Assembly: GCA_031283725.1 (NCBI GenBank)
Contig: JAITBG010000064.1
Coordinates: 1-44,297 of the forward strand
Reading direction: 5' to 3'
From: Treponema sp.
GTDB lineage: Bacteria; Spirochaetota; Spirochaetia; Treponematales; Breznakiellaceae
DNA: 44,297 bases
The translations under genes were made by a program, and so were the position numbers. The notes beneath the pieces are model-generated. The model saw nothing but the letters and a program-made list of their open reading frames with translations, was not told the DNA's origin and did not search any database. The number at the start of each line of letters is the position of its first letter. The first letter of the stretch is position 1. Below are positions 24,532 to 34,681 of the stretch, piece after piece.

Positions 24532-25679
24532 CTAGCGAAATAGACCGCCTGGAAACGGTACTGGATTCTATCACCGAGGGTATTCTGGTCTGCGATACCG
24601 AACACAACCTGGTACTGGCCAACAAATATGCTAACCGGATGCTTCCCATCAACGCGGAAGAGCAGGGAAAGACGCCGCTGTGGCTTATGGTCCAGGACGA
24701 AAAGATACGGGATTTTTTTGAAATCACCTTAAAAACCGGGGACCGGGTGGAAGATCGGGAATTCGACGTGGAGATCAAGGGAATATCCCGGCTTCTCAGT
24801 ATTAGTGTGCTTCCCCTGGTAAAAGATCGCCAGGTTACGGGCTCCCTCATCTATGTGGAAGATATAACCGAGAAGCGGAGTAAAGAAGCGCAGCTGCGGC
24901 GGGTGGAAAACCTCGCCAGCCTTACCACCCTGGCTGCCGGGGTGGCCCATGAGATTAAGAATCCCCTTGGATCCCTTTCCATACACATCCAGTTGATCCA
25001 GAAAGCCATGGAGGCAAACAAAGAAGTCTATTACACCGCCCGCCCAGAGGGAACAGACTCCCAGAGCAGCGATTCTTGTTCTTATTTTGAAAAAATGGAC
25101 AAGTACATCAGCGTAGTAAACGAAGAAGTGGATCGCCTTAACCGTATTGTGGTAGATTTTTTGTTTGCGGTTCGTCCAATGAACATGGAATTCCGGGAAG
25201 GGAATATTAATTCACTTATAGAAGAAATGGCCGGGTTTGTCCGCTACGAGTTGGAAGAATCGAACATCAAATGTGTTCTGGAACTTGACAAGAACCTTCC
25301 CAGGGTAGACTTTGACCTGCGGTACATGAAACAGGCCCTGCTTAACCTTATAAAAAATGCTATGGCCGCTATGAACGGGGGGGGACGGCTGACCCTAAAA
25401 ACCGAAGGCCGGGATGGGGAAATCCAAATCATTGTGTCGGATACCGGTATAGGGATATCCGAAGAAAACATTCCAAAAATATTTGAACCCTATTTTACCA
25501 CCAAGGAAACAGGCTCCGGCCTTGGGCTGACCCTGGTCTTTAAGATCATCCGGGAACACCGGGGGGAGATCTCCGTAAAATCAAAGGAAGGGGAGGGGGC
25601 CAGTTTCAAAATTACCCTGCCTATACCCCAGAAGGAACGGCGGCTCATCACCTTTGAAGGCGGAAAAAATGCAGTTTAA
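24450..25679 (+). CDS. Cytoplasmic PAS-histidine kinase (NtrB/Hk2-like)
   Basis: PAS (VLDSITEGILVCD...LAN), H-box AHEIKNPL, NLIKNA, DTGIGI, FEPYFTTK, GSGLGL. Confidence 0.93.
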   Translation: MREFIKRALQKLNKMTGEQIRELLYSAASEIDRLETVLDSITEGILVCDTEHNLVLANKYANRMLPINAEEQGKTPLWLMVQDEKIRDFFEITLKTGDRVEDREFDVEIKGISRLLSISVLPLVKDRQVTGSLIYVEDITEKRSKEAQLRRVENLASLTTLAAGVAHEIKNPLGSLSIHIQLIQKAMEANKEVYYTARPEGTDSQSSDSCSYFEKMDKYISVVNEEVDRLNRIVVDFLFAVRPMNMEFREGNINSLIEEMAGFVRYELEESNIKCVLELDKNLPRVDFDLRYMKQALLNLIKNAMAAMNGGGRLTLKTEGRDGEIQIIVSDTGIGISEENIPKIFEPYFTTKETGSGLGLTLVFKIIREHRGEISVKSKEGEGASFKITLPIPQKERRLITFEGGKNAV

Positions 25680-27036
25680 AATTCTGATAGCTGATGATGA
25701 AAAAAATATCCGGGAAGGGCTCGCCGCATCACTGGAGATGGACGGGTACCTTGTCGAAACCGCCGCGGGCGGTGATGCGGCTTTCAAGCGTTTCCAGAAG
25801 GGCGACATCGACATGGTCATCACCGATTTACGGATGCCGGGCTTGAGCGGAGAGGAACTGCTCAAACGGGTGGATTCGGAAACACCGGGTATTCCGGTGA
25901 TTGTCCTCACCGGTCACGGTACGGTGGAAAACGCCGTGGCGGCCATGCGGAACGGCGCCTACGACTTCCTCACAAAACCTGTGGACCTGGATCACCTGTC
26001 TTTGCTCGTAAAGCGGGCGCTCCAGAGCCGGGAACTGTTCCTTCGCCACCGGCGGTTGGAGGAGGAACTGGAACACCGGAAACAGTTCCGGACCATGGTT
26101 GGTACCAGCGCCCCCATGCGCCATGTCTTTGATACCATAAACCGGGCCGCCCCTTCCAAGGCTTCCATCATCATCACCGGTGAATCCGGGGTAGGGAAAG
26201 AACTGGTGGCCGACGCCATTCACGATCTCTCCCCCCGGAAAAACAAGCCCCTGATCAAAGTCCACTGCGCCGCCCTGGCCGCCAGCATTCTGGAGAGTGA
26301 ACTCTTCGGCCATGAGAAGGGGGCCTTTACCGGCGCGGTAGCCCGTACCCGGGGCCGCTTCGAACTTGCCCATGAGGGGACTCTCTTTCTGGATGAGATC
26401 GGCGAAGTCGATCAGAACATTCAGATAAAATTGTTGCGGGTACTTCAGGAAAAAAAGTTTGAACGGGTAGGGGGGGAAGAAACCATCGAAGTAGACGTCC
26501 GCATTGTGGCCGCCACTAACAAGGATCTCAAGGCGGAGATAAAAAAGGGCAATTTCCGGGATGATCTCTATTATCGTCTCAGCGTGGTCAATATCCATGT
26601 GCCCCCCCTGCGGGAACGCAAGGACGATCTCCCCCTGCTCATCACCGCATTTCTGCGAGAATTTGCCGAAGAAAACGGTAAAACCCTGGAGGGAATAGAC
26701 GACAAAGCCCGGGCCGCCCTCTACGCCTACGACTGGCCCGGTAATGTCCGGGAACTGCGGAACTGCATGGAAAGCGCCGTGGTCATGACCCGGAGCGCAG
26801 TGATAACCGCGGAGGATCTGCCCCCCACGGTCCGGGCCCAAAACGATTCAAGCTGGATCAGAATCCCCCTGGGCTCTACTTTGGAGGAAGCGGAACGTAT
26901 CGTCATCCGGGACACCCTCTCCGCTCATAAGGGCAACAAGAGCAAGGCCGCGGAGGTCCTCGCAGTGGGCCGCAAAACCCTGCACCGGAAACTGGCGGAG
27001 TGGGGAGAGGAAGGGGAAGAAAAGAATGAGAAGTAA
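25669..27036 (+). CDS. Sigma54-dependent response regulator (NtrC/Rrp2-like)
   Basis: REC, GESGVGKE, ESELFGHEKGAFTGA, LFLDEIGE, WPGNVREL, Fis-type HTH. Start ATG 25669. Confidence 0.95.
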   Translation: MQFKILIADDEKNIREGLAASLEMDGYLVETAAGGDAAFKRFQKGDIDMVITDLRMPGLSGEELLKRVDSETPGIPVIVLTGHGTVENAVAAMRNGAYDFLTKPVDLDHLSLLVKRALQSRELFLRHRRLEEELEHRKQFRTMVGTSAPMRHVFDTINRAAPSKASIIITGESGVGKELVADAIHDLSPRKNKPLIKVHCAALAASILESELFGHEKGAFTGAVARTRGRFELAHEGTLFLDEIGEVDQNIQIKLLRVLQEKKFERVGGEETIEVDVRIVAATNKDLKAEIKKGNFRDDLYYRLSVVNIHVPPLRERKDDLPLLITAFLREFAEENGKTLEGIDDKARAALYAYDWPGNVRELRNCMESAVVMTRSAVITAEDLPPTVRAQNDSSWIRIPLGSTLEEAERIVIRDTLSAHKGNKSKAAEVLAVGRKTLHRKLAEWGEEGEEKNEK

Positions 27037-27335
27037 AGAACCGCGACAGGGCGGGCTAAACTACCCGTTTCCCCGGATGAGCACGATTTTGACCAGGGTA
27101 ACTATCCAGGAGTGGCTTCTCCGATAGGTTATCTTAGGGGATTTGCACCCCATAGTATCTTCTTGTGCCCTTGGTCCCACTCCTTCAGACTTTATAGATC
27201 ACTATGCAGGCCGCCCTGTGCTATGCCTTGCATGAATCGTGGGGGAGTTTTTGCTCTTGTCCGGGGTGAGGATTTCATCGACGATGGGGGAGTAAACTGA
27301 GAATTCTGTAGTTTATTGGATTTATTGGATTTATC

Positions 27336-27363
27336 TTGACAAAGGGCTATACTGGAATATAGT
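27336..27363 (+). promoter_or_regulatory. Candidate sigma70 promoter for rpoN
   Basis: TTGACA 27336-27341, 16 bp, TATAGT 27358-27363; AGGAG before TTG start. Confidence 0.5.
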
Positions 27364-27381
27364 TCTAATAGGAGTCAATTC

Positions 27382-28743
27382 TTGCAACTTCAGCGCCCGT
27401 CTATTGTTCAAGAGCAGCGTCTCAGGATGAATCCCCAGCAAATTCAGGCTATCAAGCTGATGGGGCTCCCTGTCGTTGATTTACGGGAAAAAATAGAGGA
27501 AGAAATTGAACGGAACCCCGCTCTTGAGGTTTTTGAAGATCATACCGTACTCTCCCTGGATGAGGCCTATACTCCCCGGAAGGAGGAGTATGATTATTTC
27601 GAAACCAGTTCAGATTCCGGTTTTGTCCGTAAAGGGGGGGATGAGGAGAGCTCGGAGCGGCACAAATTCATCGAAGGCGCTCTTTCCCGGCCCGAAACCC
27701 TCCAGGAACATCTCCTCTGGCAGTTCAAACTTGAGCCCCTGGATGATGAGCTCCGCCGGATCGGGGAACTGCTCATCCAGAACCTGAACGAAGACGGTTT
27801 CCACAAAGAGCCCGTGAATCTGCTCCTTAAACATGAGAATCCCGCCCTTATTGTCAAAGCTATGTCTATTATCCGCTCCTTGGACCCGGTGGGCGCCTGT
27901 ACTGCGGATTACCAGGAAAGCCTTCGGGTTCAGGCAGGACTCCTTCCTGACGCCCCTCCGGGGATGATCGATGTTTTGGGCTACCTGGAACAGCTTGAGC
28001 GGGGCAAATTTGGGGAAGTCGGCCGGGAGTTGGGCCGTACCGAAGAGGATCTGCGCCTCTGTTTTGAACGTATCAAGGAGCTTTCCCCCTTCCCGGGCCG
28101 GCGTTTTGCCGCCGATACTACCCGGTATGTGGTTCCCGATGTTCAGGTGATCAAAAAAGAGGGGGAGTTCGTCATCATCCTTAACGATGAGGAGATACCG
28201 GTTCTTGGGATCAACCCCTTCTTTATGAAAATTGCCGGAACGCCAGGTGGAAAGGGTAAACCTGTCCGTGACTTTGTCAAGGAAAACATTAGGGAAGCCC
28301 GGTGGTTTATCCAGTCGATCAACGAGCGGAACCATACCCTTCTCCGGGTTTCCCGGGCAATAGTGGAATTTCAACGCGCATTTTTTGTGAATGGTCCCAA
28401 ATATATCGCCCCCCTGACCCTGCGGGACATAGCCCAGGAACTGGGGCTTAATGAATCCACTATTTCCCGGACATCCCGGGGCAAGTATATGCAAACCGAG
28501 TGGGGGATTTTTGAAATTCGTCATTTCTTTACCAATTCTATCAGCGGCGCCGGTTCCCGGGGTTCGCAATATTCCAAAGAGGGGGTTAAGGAGATAATAA
28601 AGGAGCTTATCACTACAGAAGCCCGGCATTTTTCGGATAAAGAAATCACGGAGATCCTTTCCAGGAAGGGAATCCTTTTGGCCCGGCGCACGGTTGCTAA
28701 ATATCGCAGTGAATTGGATCTGGGATCATCGTATACCCGATAA
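27382..28743 (+). CDS. rpoN: RNA polymerase sigma-54 factor
   Basis: Q-rich region I, NPALE, HTH ESTISR, RpoN box ARRTVAKYR. Confidence 0.97.
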   Translation: MQLQRPSIVQEQRLRMNPQQIQAIKLMGLPVVDLREKIEEEIERNPALEVFEDHTVLSLDEAYTPRKEEYDYFETSSDSGFVRKGGDEESSERHKFIEGALSRPETLQEHLLWQFKLEPLDDELRRIGELLIQNLNEDGFHKEPVNLLLKHENPALIVKAMSIIRSLDPVGACTADYQESLRVQAGLLPDAPPGMIDVLGYLEQLERGKFGEVGRELGRTEEDLRLCFERIKELSPFPGRRFAADTTRYVVPDVQVIKKEGEFVIILNDEEIPVLGINPFFMKIAGTPGGKGKPVRDFVKENIREARWFIQSINERNHTLLRVSRAIVEFQRAFFVNGPKYIAPLTLRDIAQELGLNESTISRTSRGKYMQTEWGIFEIRHFFTNSISGAGSRGSQYSKEGVKEIIKELITTEARHFSDKEITEILSRKGILLARRTVAKYRSELDLGSSYTR

Positions 28744-28769
28744 AAGTATAGACAAACTAAGGAGGCACC

Positions 28770-29111
28770 ATGAACACAGAAGTTAAAGCTGTCCATTTCA
28801 CCCTGAGGGACGACGTCCGGGAGTACCTGGATCGTAAAATCGCCCGAATTCCCAATGCGGAAAATATGATCGTCGATCTGCTTATTACCTTGACCAAGGA
28901 GGCCAAGGACTTTGCCGCGGAAGTTAAGGTGAACTTCCGGTGGGGGGTCTCAATCCATCTGAAAGAGACGGATTTTGAACTCAATCCCGCGATTGATAAA
29001 CTGATGGGTAAACTGGAAACCAAGATAATCAAAGAGAAAGAAAAGGTTAAGGATGTAAAGGAAAAAGAGCGGGCGGAAGAAAAGCGGGATACATCTTTTA
29101 TGCCTTCTTGA
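28770..29111 (+). CDS. hpf: Ribosome hibernation promoting factor (HPF/RaiA)
   Basis: Directly after rpoN; MNTEVKAVHFTL...YLDRKI...AIDKLMGKLE pattern. Confidence 0.85.
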   Translation: MNTEVKAVHFTLRDDVREYLDRKIARIPNAENMIVDLLITLTKEAKDFAAEVKVNFRWGVSIHLKETDFELNPAIDKLMGKLETKIIKEKEKVKDVKEKERAEEKRDTSFMPS

Positions 29112-30123
29112 GCGCAAAGCTATAAACCGCGGGCAGCCGTTTTCCCAGAAAGTCCTCGTCGCGGATTTTTTCCTGCAAGTCCTTTATTTCTGTTTCCGGG
29201 AAATCCAACCGGTTCAGGGTGAAGTTTTTAGCGTTGGCGCTGAACAGGAGTTTGCCCCCCGGGGAGAGGAGTTTTAGGCATTGGTCAATAAGATTCCCGT
29301 GATCTCGTTTTAAGTCCAGGGTGGCGGTCATCTTTTTGGAGTTTGAGAAGGCCGGGGGGTCCAAGATGATGATATCCCAAGTTAAGCCCGCCGGAATGGC
29401 GCCTTCCAGGAAACGGAGTGCGTCCGCACGGATGAGCCGCCAGCGGGGGAGGGCAGCTTCGTTACCGGTAAGGTCCCGGGGGATGATTTGCCGGGCCTCT
29501 AGGTTGTTCAGGGTGAAGTTTGTTTTCGCCCAGTCCAGATAGGTATTGGACATATCCAGGGAATCTACCGACTTGGCTCCTCCAGAGGCGGCATACACTG
29601 AAAAGGATGCGGTATAGCAAAATAGGTTTAGGACCCGTTTGCCCGGCGCTACGGCCCGGACTAGGGACCGGGTTTTGCGGTGGTCCAGAAAGAGCCCTGT
29701 ATCAAGGTAATCCGATAGGTTTACTCGAAAATGTAACCCTCCTTCGTGGACATCCTGAAATTCATGGCAGCCGGTGATCTTTTCGTATTGGGCTTTGCCG
29801 CGCTGCCTGCCTCGTTCTTTCAGGAAGAGCCGATTCAGGGGGATGTCCAGGGCTCGGGAAATTGCCTCTGCCATAGACCTGAGCCAGTGATCCTCCTCTG
29901 CGATTTCCTTTTCGTAGGGCCGTTTGTAGATGGCGCCCGCCACGGCATCACCATAGAGATCTAGAATCAGGGGAATTTCGGGGATATCACGGTCGTAAAG
30001 ACGGAAGGCGTCGGTTCTAATACGCCGGGCCCATTTCCGCAGATGCCGGTACCGTTTTTTCAGCCGGTTCGTTAGCATTTCAGCCTGGGCGGCTGTTTTA
30101 AGAGGCGCTTCCGTTATCCGCAT
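29098..30123 (-). CDS. SAM-dependent 23S rRNA methyltransferase (RlmK-like)
   Basis: FRLYDRDIPE, VNLSDYLDTGLFLDHR, VLNLFCYT, DMSNTYLDWA, ILDPPAFSNSK. Confidence 0.85.
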   Translation of the reverse strand: MRITEAPLKTAAQAEMLTNRLKKRYRHLRKWARRIRTDAFRLYDRDIPEIPLILDLYGDAVAGAIYKRPYEKEIAEEDHWLRSMAEAISRALDIPLNRLFLKERGRQRGKAQYEKITGCHEFQDVHEGGLHFRVNLSDYLDTGLFLDHRKTRSLVRAVAPGKRVLNLFCYTASFSVYAASGGAKSVDSLDMSNTYLDWAKTNFTLNNLEARQIIPRDLTGNEAALPRWRLIRADALRFLEGAIPAGLTWDIIILDPPAFSNSKKMTATLDLKRDHGNLIDQCLKLLSPGGKLLFSANAKNFTLNRLDFPETEIKDLQEKIRDEDFLGKRLPAVYSFALKKA

Positions 30124-30754
30124 CCTGACGGGACTGCATGGTCACACAGAGCATGGCATACCCCGATGAAAGATCCTCGGTTTGTACCACTACCGACTCG
30201 GGAACTTTGAGTTTCGCCGCGGTAAAATTCCAGATCCCCAGGATACCCGCCTTAACCAGGATATCCGCCGTTTCCTGGGCCGCGGGGGAATGGATAGTTA
30301 GAATAGCTACCTTTACCCCTAGCTTATGGACCTCGGTCTCCAGGTCATTCATGGAAAACACTCGTACTCCATGAATGGTGGTTCCGGCCTTTTGCGTATT
30401 TTTGTCAAAAGCCGCCACAATATGCAAGCCGTGGAGCCGGAATTCCTGGTGCCCCATAAGGGCACTGCCCAGATTCCCCGCTCCCACCAAAATCACATCC
30501 TGCATCGAATTCCACCCAAGGAAACGTTCAATGGCGTCAATCAGGGTATTTACCGGATACCCCTTCTTAGGTTTTCCGATAACTCCGGTAATTGCCAGAT
30601 CCTTCCTTACCTGGATGGGCTCTAGACTCAGTTCCTGGGCTATTAGAGTCCCCGATATATATTTACTGCCTTCTTTCTGCATCTGTCGTATAATATTTAA
30701 ATAAGACGGTAGACGCCGTACTGAAGGCGTAGCAGGTATTTTTTGTTTTGCCAA
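30098..30754 (-). CDS. rex: Redox-sensing transcriptional repressor Rex
   Basis: RRLPSY, QVRKDL, GKPKKGY, VGAGNLGSAL, GIWNF; TTG start with AAGGA. Confidence 0.95.
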   Translation of the reverse strand: MAKQKIPATPSVRRLPSYLNIIRQMQKEGSKYISGTLIAQELSLEPIQVRKDLAITGVIGKPKKGYPVNTLIDAIERFLGWNSMQDVILVGAGNLGSALMGHQEFRLHGLHIVAAFDKNTQKAGTTIHGVRVFSMNDLETEVHKLGVKVAILTIHSPAAQETADILVKAGILGIWNFTAAKLKVPESVVVQTEDLSSGYAMLCVTMQSRQDADNGSAS

Positions 30755-30961
30755 AATAGTTCCTTTGCCGATAATTATACAATAGAGGAAAGTCGGCCAT
30801 TACGTCAAGCAAATATAAGCCGATGACACACGGTTCCATCGGCCGGTTCGCTAACGGTAGGGAGCGGAGTTAAAACCGTAATAGGCGCCACATGCACACG
30901 AGCGCCGGGGATATTCTCCAGCGGCCCGCCTTTGCCGATTCACTGGGGGAGATGTGCCGGG

Positions 30962-31414
30962 TTATTCGCTTCTGTCCCGTTTCCGCACCACCACCTTTTG
31001 GGGCCTGCGGTCGGCGGGTTTGCCGGTTTCCGGCTTTGTTTTGGCGTGTGACGCTGAGCGTGGAGCGGTGACGGATAATTTCCCGGCGTATCGTTTTTTG
31101 CCGTAGGGAGAGGCTTCCTTGTTTTCCCTTTGAGGAGCTTCTTTGCGGGGGCGGTCTTCACGGCTTCCGGCGCGGCGTTTTTCCTTGACCGCTTTTTCCA
31201 GTACCCGCAGGGATTCGTCAAAGCCCTTAAGAAATTCCGGGAGGTCCTCCGCAAAGAGGATCACCGATTGGCGCTCGAAGCCGCCCGAATCTTTGTTTTT
31301 GCTTTCTACGATATTGAGGTAAAGGTCTCCCATGCGGTTTTCCTTCACGTTGAAGAAGTAGGTTCTATTTTGTAATCCAACCTTGGTTGAAAATAGTTCT
31401 CCCCGTATACCCAT
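30962..31414 (-). CDS. PUR-alpha-like nucleic-acid-binding protein (DUF3276-like) with basic tail
   Basis: ELFSTKV...RTYFFNVKENRMGDLYLNIVESK...FERQSVILFAED; K/R-rich C-terminus. Start ATG 31414. Confidence 0.8.
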   Translation of the reverse strand: MGIRGELFSTKVGLQNRTYFFNVKENRMGDLYLNIVESKNKDSGGFERQSVILFAEDLPEFLKGFDESLRVLEKAVKEKRRAGSREDRPRKEAPQRENKEASPYGKKRYAGKLSVTAPRSASHAKTKPETGKPADRRPQKVVVRKRDRSE

Positions 31415-31415
31415 A

Positions 31416-33272
31416 CTATGCTCCTGAATAATTGTCCGCTTCGCCGACCATCCTGCGCTGCCATTCGATGAGAGCCCGTTCGATCCGTTTGTCCGAGCCC
31501 TCCACATCCGCCATAACCCGGAATACTGGCTCGGTACCGGAACCCCGCATCCAAATACAGGCCGCTTTATGGCCAGCCCTGTTAATAAAACTAATTTTGA
31601 GGCCCCCCTTCCCGGCGGTGGAGAAATCGGTGATGCCCCGCTTTTCTACAATACCGTTGTAGGCGGCGGCTTCCCAGCCCGTGATGCCGTAGCGGTTCAG
31701 GAGGGATTCTTTCTTTTCTTCCCAGTCCCGAAAAAATACTTTCTGATACCGGCTTTTTAGGAGGCCGTGGTCCGTGGTTTTTACCCGGAGCATTGCCTCG
31801 GGGGTAGAGATTCCAGTGCTGACAAAAGCGGGGAGAGCGGCGATAATGTCGGCCAGGGTAAAGTCCGGGCGGTAGGTTTCGGCTTGGTCGGAAAGATCGC
31901 ACCAGAGTTCAAAGAAGCCCTTCCGATCCCCCTCACTTCGTATGGTGAGGAGTTTTACCAGGGAAAGTACGGTGTTGATAGGGTCTCGCACCGCCGAAGG
32001 ATGGGTAATATTTCCCCCGGCGGAACCTTCCCCAAGGATACGGACGGTATAGCCCTGTTCCCGCAGCTTCCGGGCCAAACTTACCACATTGGCTTCCCCC
32101 ACTTCGGCACGGAACACCGGCACGTCAAAGGCCCGGGCAATCCGGTCGATACGCATGGATGTGGGGTCGTTTACCGCCACCGCCGCCTTATTCAGGGCAT
32201 TACCCTTATTGTCGTAACTTAGTTTTCCGATCCACACCATATGGGCCAGTTCCGAAACACAGGCCAGGGCGAAGACCTCCTGGGCTTCCAGAGCCCGGGC
32301 CTTGTTCTGCCCCTCATCCCAGAAAACCAGATTACCCCGGTCACCGTCACAGTCCGGAACATAGCCTAGGATCATCGAAGGGTCCTTTTCGTGGGTTTTC
32401 TCCAAAAAAAGACGGCAGGGTTCCAAGGCCTTCCCCTCGGGGACTATGTCATGGGTAATTTCTCCGGGTTTGCCGTTCATGGCGTGAACGCTTATCCCCA
32501 GGGAAGTAAGGAACTCCTTGTCAATGGACAGAGTCCGGGCTGAACCGTTAAAGTCCGCCGCCACGCCCAATGGCCGGTGCTGAATACTCCGGAAAATGAG
32601 CCCCAGGATACCCTCCGCGGCGGCTCCTGCGGTTACTTCCCGAGTAAAATCAAAGTAAGCCTGATATGCTTCCTGCTTAATCCGGCTCGCTTCGGCGTAT
32701 ACTTCCTCCAGGGCTTTGGCATCCCCGCGGTTCATCAGTTCTATTGTCTGATTACAACGATCCACTAAGGCCATACGGCGCCGGAATTCTTCGATTAAAA
32801 GGAGAGCTTCGGAACCCGGCAGGACCCCGCCGTCGTTAAGGCCGAATTTAAGACCGTTATACCCTATGGGATTGTGGCTTGCCGAAATATATATAAATCC
32901 GAAGGGTTTACTCCTGCGGGTAAAGGCCATAATTTCCGGGGCGGCGGTGACGGCGGCATACCGGACCCGGCAGCCCGAAGCAAGAAGGGATCGAATTATC
33001 ACATCCGCTATAGCCGGTCCCGTAGGCCGGGTATCCATGCCCACAAGTACCGTAGGGGATTTTTCAGTTTTCTTTATTACATAATCCGCAAAGACCGAGG
33101 CTGCAGCAGCGGCGATAAGGGTATGGGCCGGGGAAATATCCGTATCGGCGCTTTCCCCATGTCCGTCTTTGGCAAAAATCCCCCGCCAGCCTGAAGGTGA
33201 AAGGATCAGCTCTCTCAGGGCAGCGTTAAGCAGGGACTCACGTATGCCGGGATCATCCACTTGGAAATTCAT
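31416..33272 (-). CDS. Phosphoglucomutase/phosphomannomutase family protein
   Basis: GMDTRPTG, ISASHNP phosphoserine loop, PDCDGDR metal loop, RGSGTEP. Confidence 0.9.
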   Translation of the reverse strand: MNFQVDDPGIRESLLNAALRELILSPSGWRGIFAKDGHGESADTDISPAHTLIAAAAASVFADYVIKKTEKSPTVLVGMDTRPTGPAIADVIIRSLLASGCRVRYAAVTAAPEIMAFTRRSKPFGFIYISASHNPIGYNGLKFGLNDGGVLPGSEALLLIEEFRRRMALVDRCNQTIELMNRGDAKALEEVYAEASRIKQEAYQAYFDFTREVTAGAAAEGILGLIFRSIQHRPLGVAADFNGSARTLSIDKEFLTSLGISVHAMNGKPGEITHDIVPEGKALEPCRLFLEKTHEKDPSMILGYVPDCDGDRGNLVFWDEGQNKARALEAQEVFALACVSELAHMVWIGKLSYDNKGNALNKAAVAVNDPTSMRIDRIARAFDVPVFRAEVGEANVVSLARKLREQGYTVRILGEGSAGGNITHPSAVRDPINTVLSLVKLLTIRSEGDRKGFFELWCDLSDQAETYRPDFTLADIIAALPAFVSTGISTPEAMLRVKTTDHGLLKSRYQKVFFRDWEEKKESLLNRYGITGWEAAAYNGIVEKRGITDFSTAGKGGLKISFINRAGHKAACIWMRGSGTEPVFRVMADVEGSDKRIERALIEWQRRMVGEADNYSGA

Positions 33273-33439
33273 GGTTAGCTAGTGTACTTGTTTTTTGCTT
33301 CTGTTGCTATAGCTGAAAATACCCTTAGGCTATAGTAGGAATTGCATTTAACTGACTGAAAAGGTATATTATAAGGTAGCCAAAGGGAAAGAATTTATAG
33401 TATATTAATACTATGTAAACGATATGGATTAATAACCTC

Positions 33440-34669
33440 ATGACGAAAAAATGGAGTATAAAAATGGAGAAAAGAAGAATCTACATAGATTATAATGCGA
33501 CTACCCCTCTAAACAAAGAAGTCAAAGCCGAGATGATAGAGGATTTCGATATCTATGGAAATGCCTCCAGTATGCACAGCTCCGGCCGTCATGCCCATGC
33601 CCGGCTTGAGCAGGCCCGAAAGGCGGTGGGGGATCTGATTGGGGCCCCCGCCAAAACGGTGATTTTTACCTCCGGCGGCTCGGAATCGAACAATATGGTA
33701 TTCCAGACTATATGGCGCCTCACCTCCGGCGAATACGGGAAACCTCTTACCCAGGGCCGGAGGGAAATAATCACCACCGCCATTGAGCATCCCTGTGTGC
33801 TCAACTCCGCGGCCTACCTTAAATCTCTGGGCTTTAAGGTCTATTTCCTGCCGGTAGACGAATACGGCAAAGTCAAAATGGACGAATACCGGAAGGCCCT
33901 GAGCGAAAATACCCTCCTGGTTTCGGTGATGATGGCCAATAACGAGATCGGGACCATCCAGGATATAAAGGAAATAGCCTCCTTGGCAAAAACCGCCGGG
34001 GCCTGGATGCATACCGACGCGGTACAGGCCGCCGGGAAGATTCCCGTTAATGTGGATGACCTCCAGGTGGACTACCTGACCATGTCTGGTCACAAGATAT
34101 ACGGACCCAAGGGCATCGGCGCCCTCTATGTGCGCTCCGGGGCGCCCCTTTTTCCGCTGATCCACGGAGGCCACCAGGAGAACGGTTTTCGGGCGGGAAC
34201 CTACAACAACGTCGGCATCCTGGGCTACGGCAAAGCCGCAGAGCTGGCTAAGCAAAACCTGGAAGCATATGGCCGGGAGATACGGGCCCTGCGGAACCAG
34301 CTACGGGACGGCCTTTTAGCCAATGTGCCGAATATCACTATCAACGGCCATCCCACGGATGTATTACCTAATACCCTGAACGTGTCCTTCCCCGGCGCCG
34401 AAGGGGAATCGATTTTACTGGGCATGGATCTTAAGGGTATTGAAGCTTCCACTGGTTCGGCCTGCGCTTCCGGCAGTCTGGAACCCTCCCATGTACTTAT
34501 GGCCGTAGGGGTAGGGCCGGAGCTGGCCCACGGTTCCATCCGTTTCAGTCTCGGCTGGGGTGTCTCTAAGGAAGATATTCAGTATATTATAGATACGGTG
34601 CCGCCCATCATCGCCCGGTTCCGGGCCATGTCCACGGTTTCATCAACGCCGTCAATAGTACCGTTATGA
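33440..34669 (+). CDS. nifS: Cysteine desulfurase (NifS/IscS)
   Basis: YIDYNATTP, FTSGGSES, SGHKIYGPKG, STGSACAS. Start may be 33464. Confidence 0.93.
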   Translation: MTKKWSIKMEKRRIYIDYNATTPLNKEVKAEMIEDFDIYGNASSMHSSGRHAHARLEQARKAVGDLIGAPAKTVIFTSGGSESNNMVFQTIWRLTSGEYGKPLTQGRREIITTAIEHPCVLNSAAYLKSLGFKVYFLPVDEYGKVKMDEYRKALSENTLLVSVMMANNEIGTIQDIKEIASLAKTAGAWMHTDAVQAAGKIPVNVDDLQVDYLTMSGHKIYGPKGIGALYVRSGAPLFPLIHGGHQENGFRAGTYNNVGILGYGKAAELAKQNLEAYGREIRALRNQLRDGLLANVPNITINGHPTDVLPNTLNVSFPGAEGESILLGMDLKGIEASTGSACASGSLEPSHVLMAVGVGPELAHGSIRFSLGWGVSKEDIQYIIDTVPPIIARFRAMSTVSSTPSIVPL

Positions 34670-34681
34670 GAGAGGTATAGT

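Noticed and set aside
27112-27300. 62-aa ORF between the activator and rpoN
   Set aside because: No recognisable motif and atypical composition; not called as a CDS.
25828-28629. Long antisense ORFs 25828..26841 and 27610..28629
   Set aside because: Shadows of the conserved sigma54 activator and rpoN, expected from codon bias.
30755-30960. Rex operator for autoregulation
   Set aside because: No TTGTGAA-N4-TTCACAA-like site seen.
33300-33440. IscR/Rrf2 operator upstream of nifS
   Set aside because: Only partial AT-rich palindromes and a half match; no regulator gene nearby.
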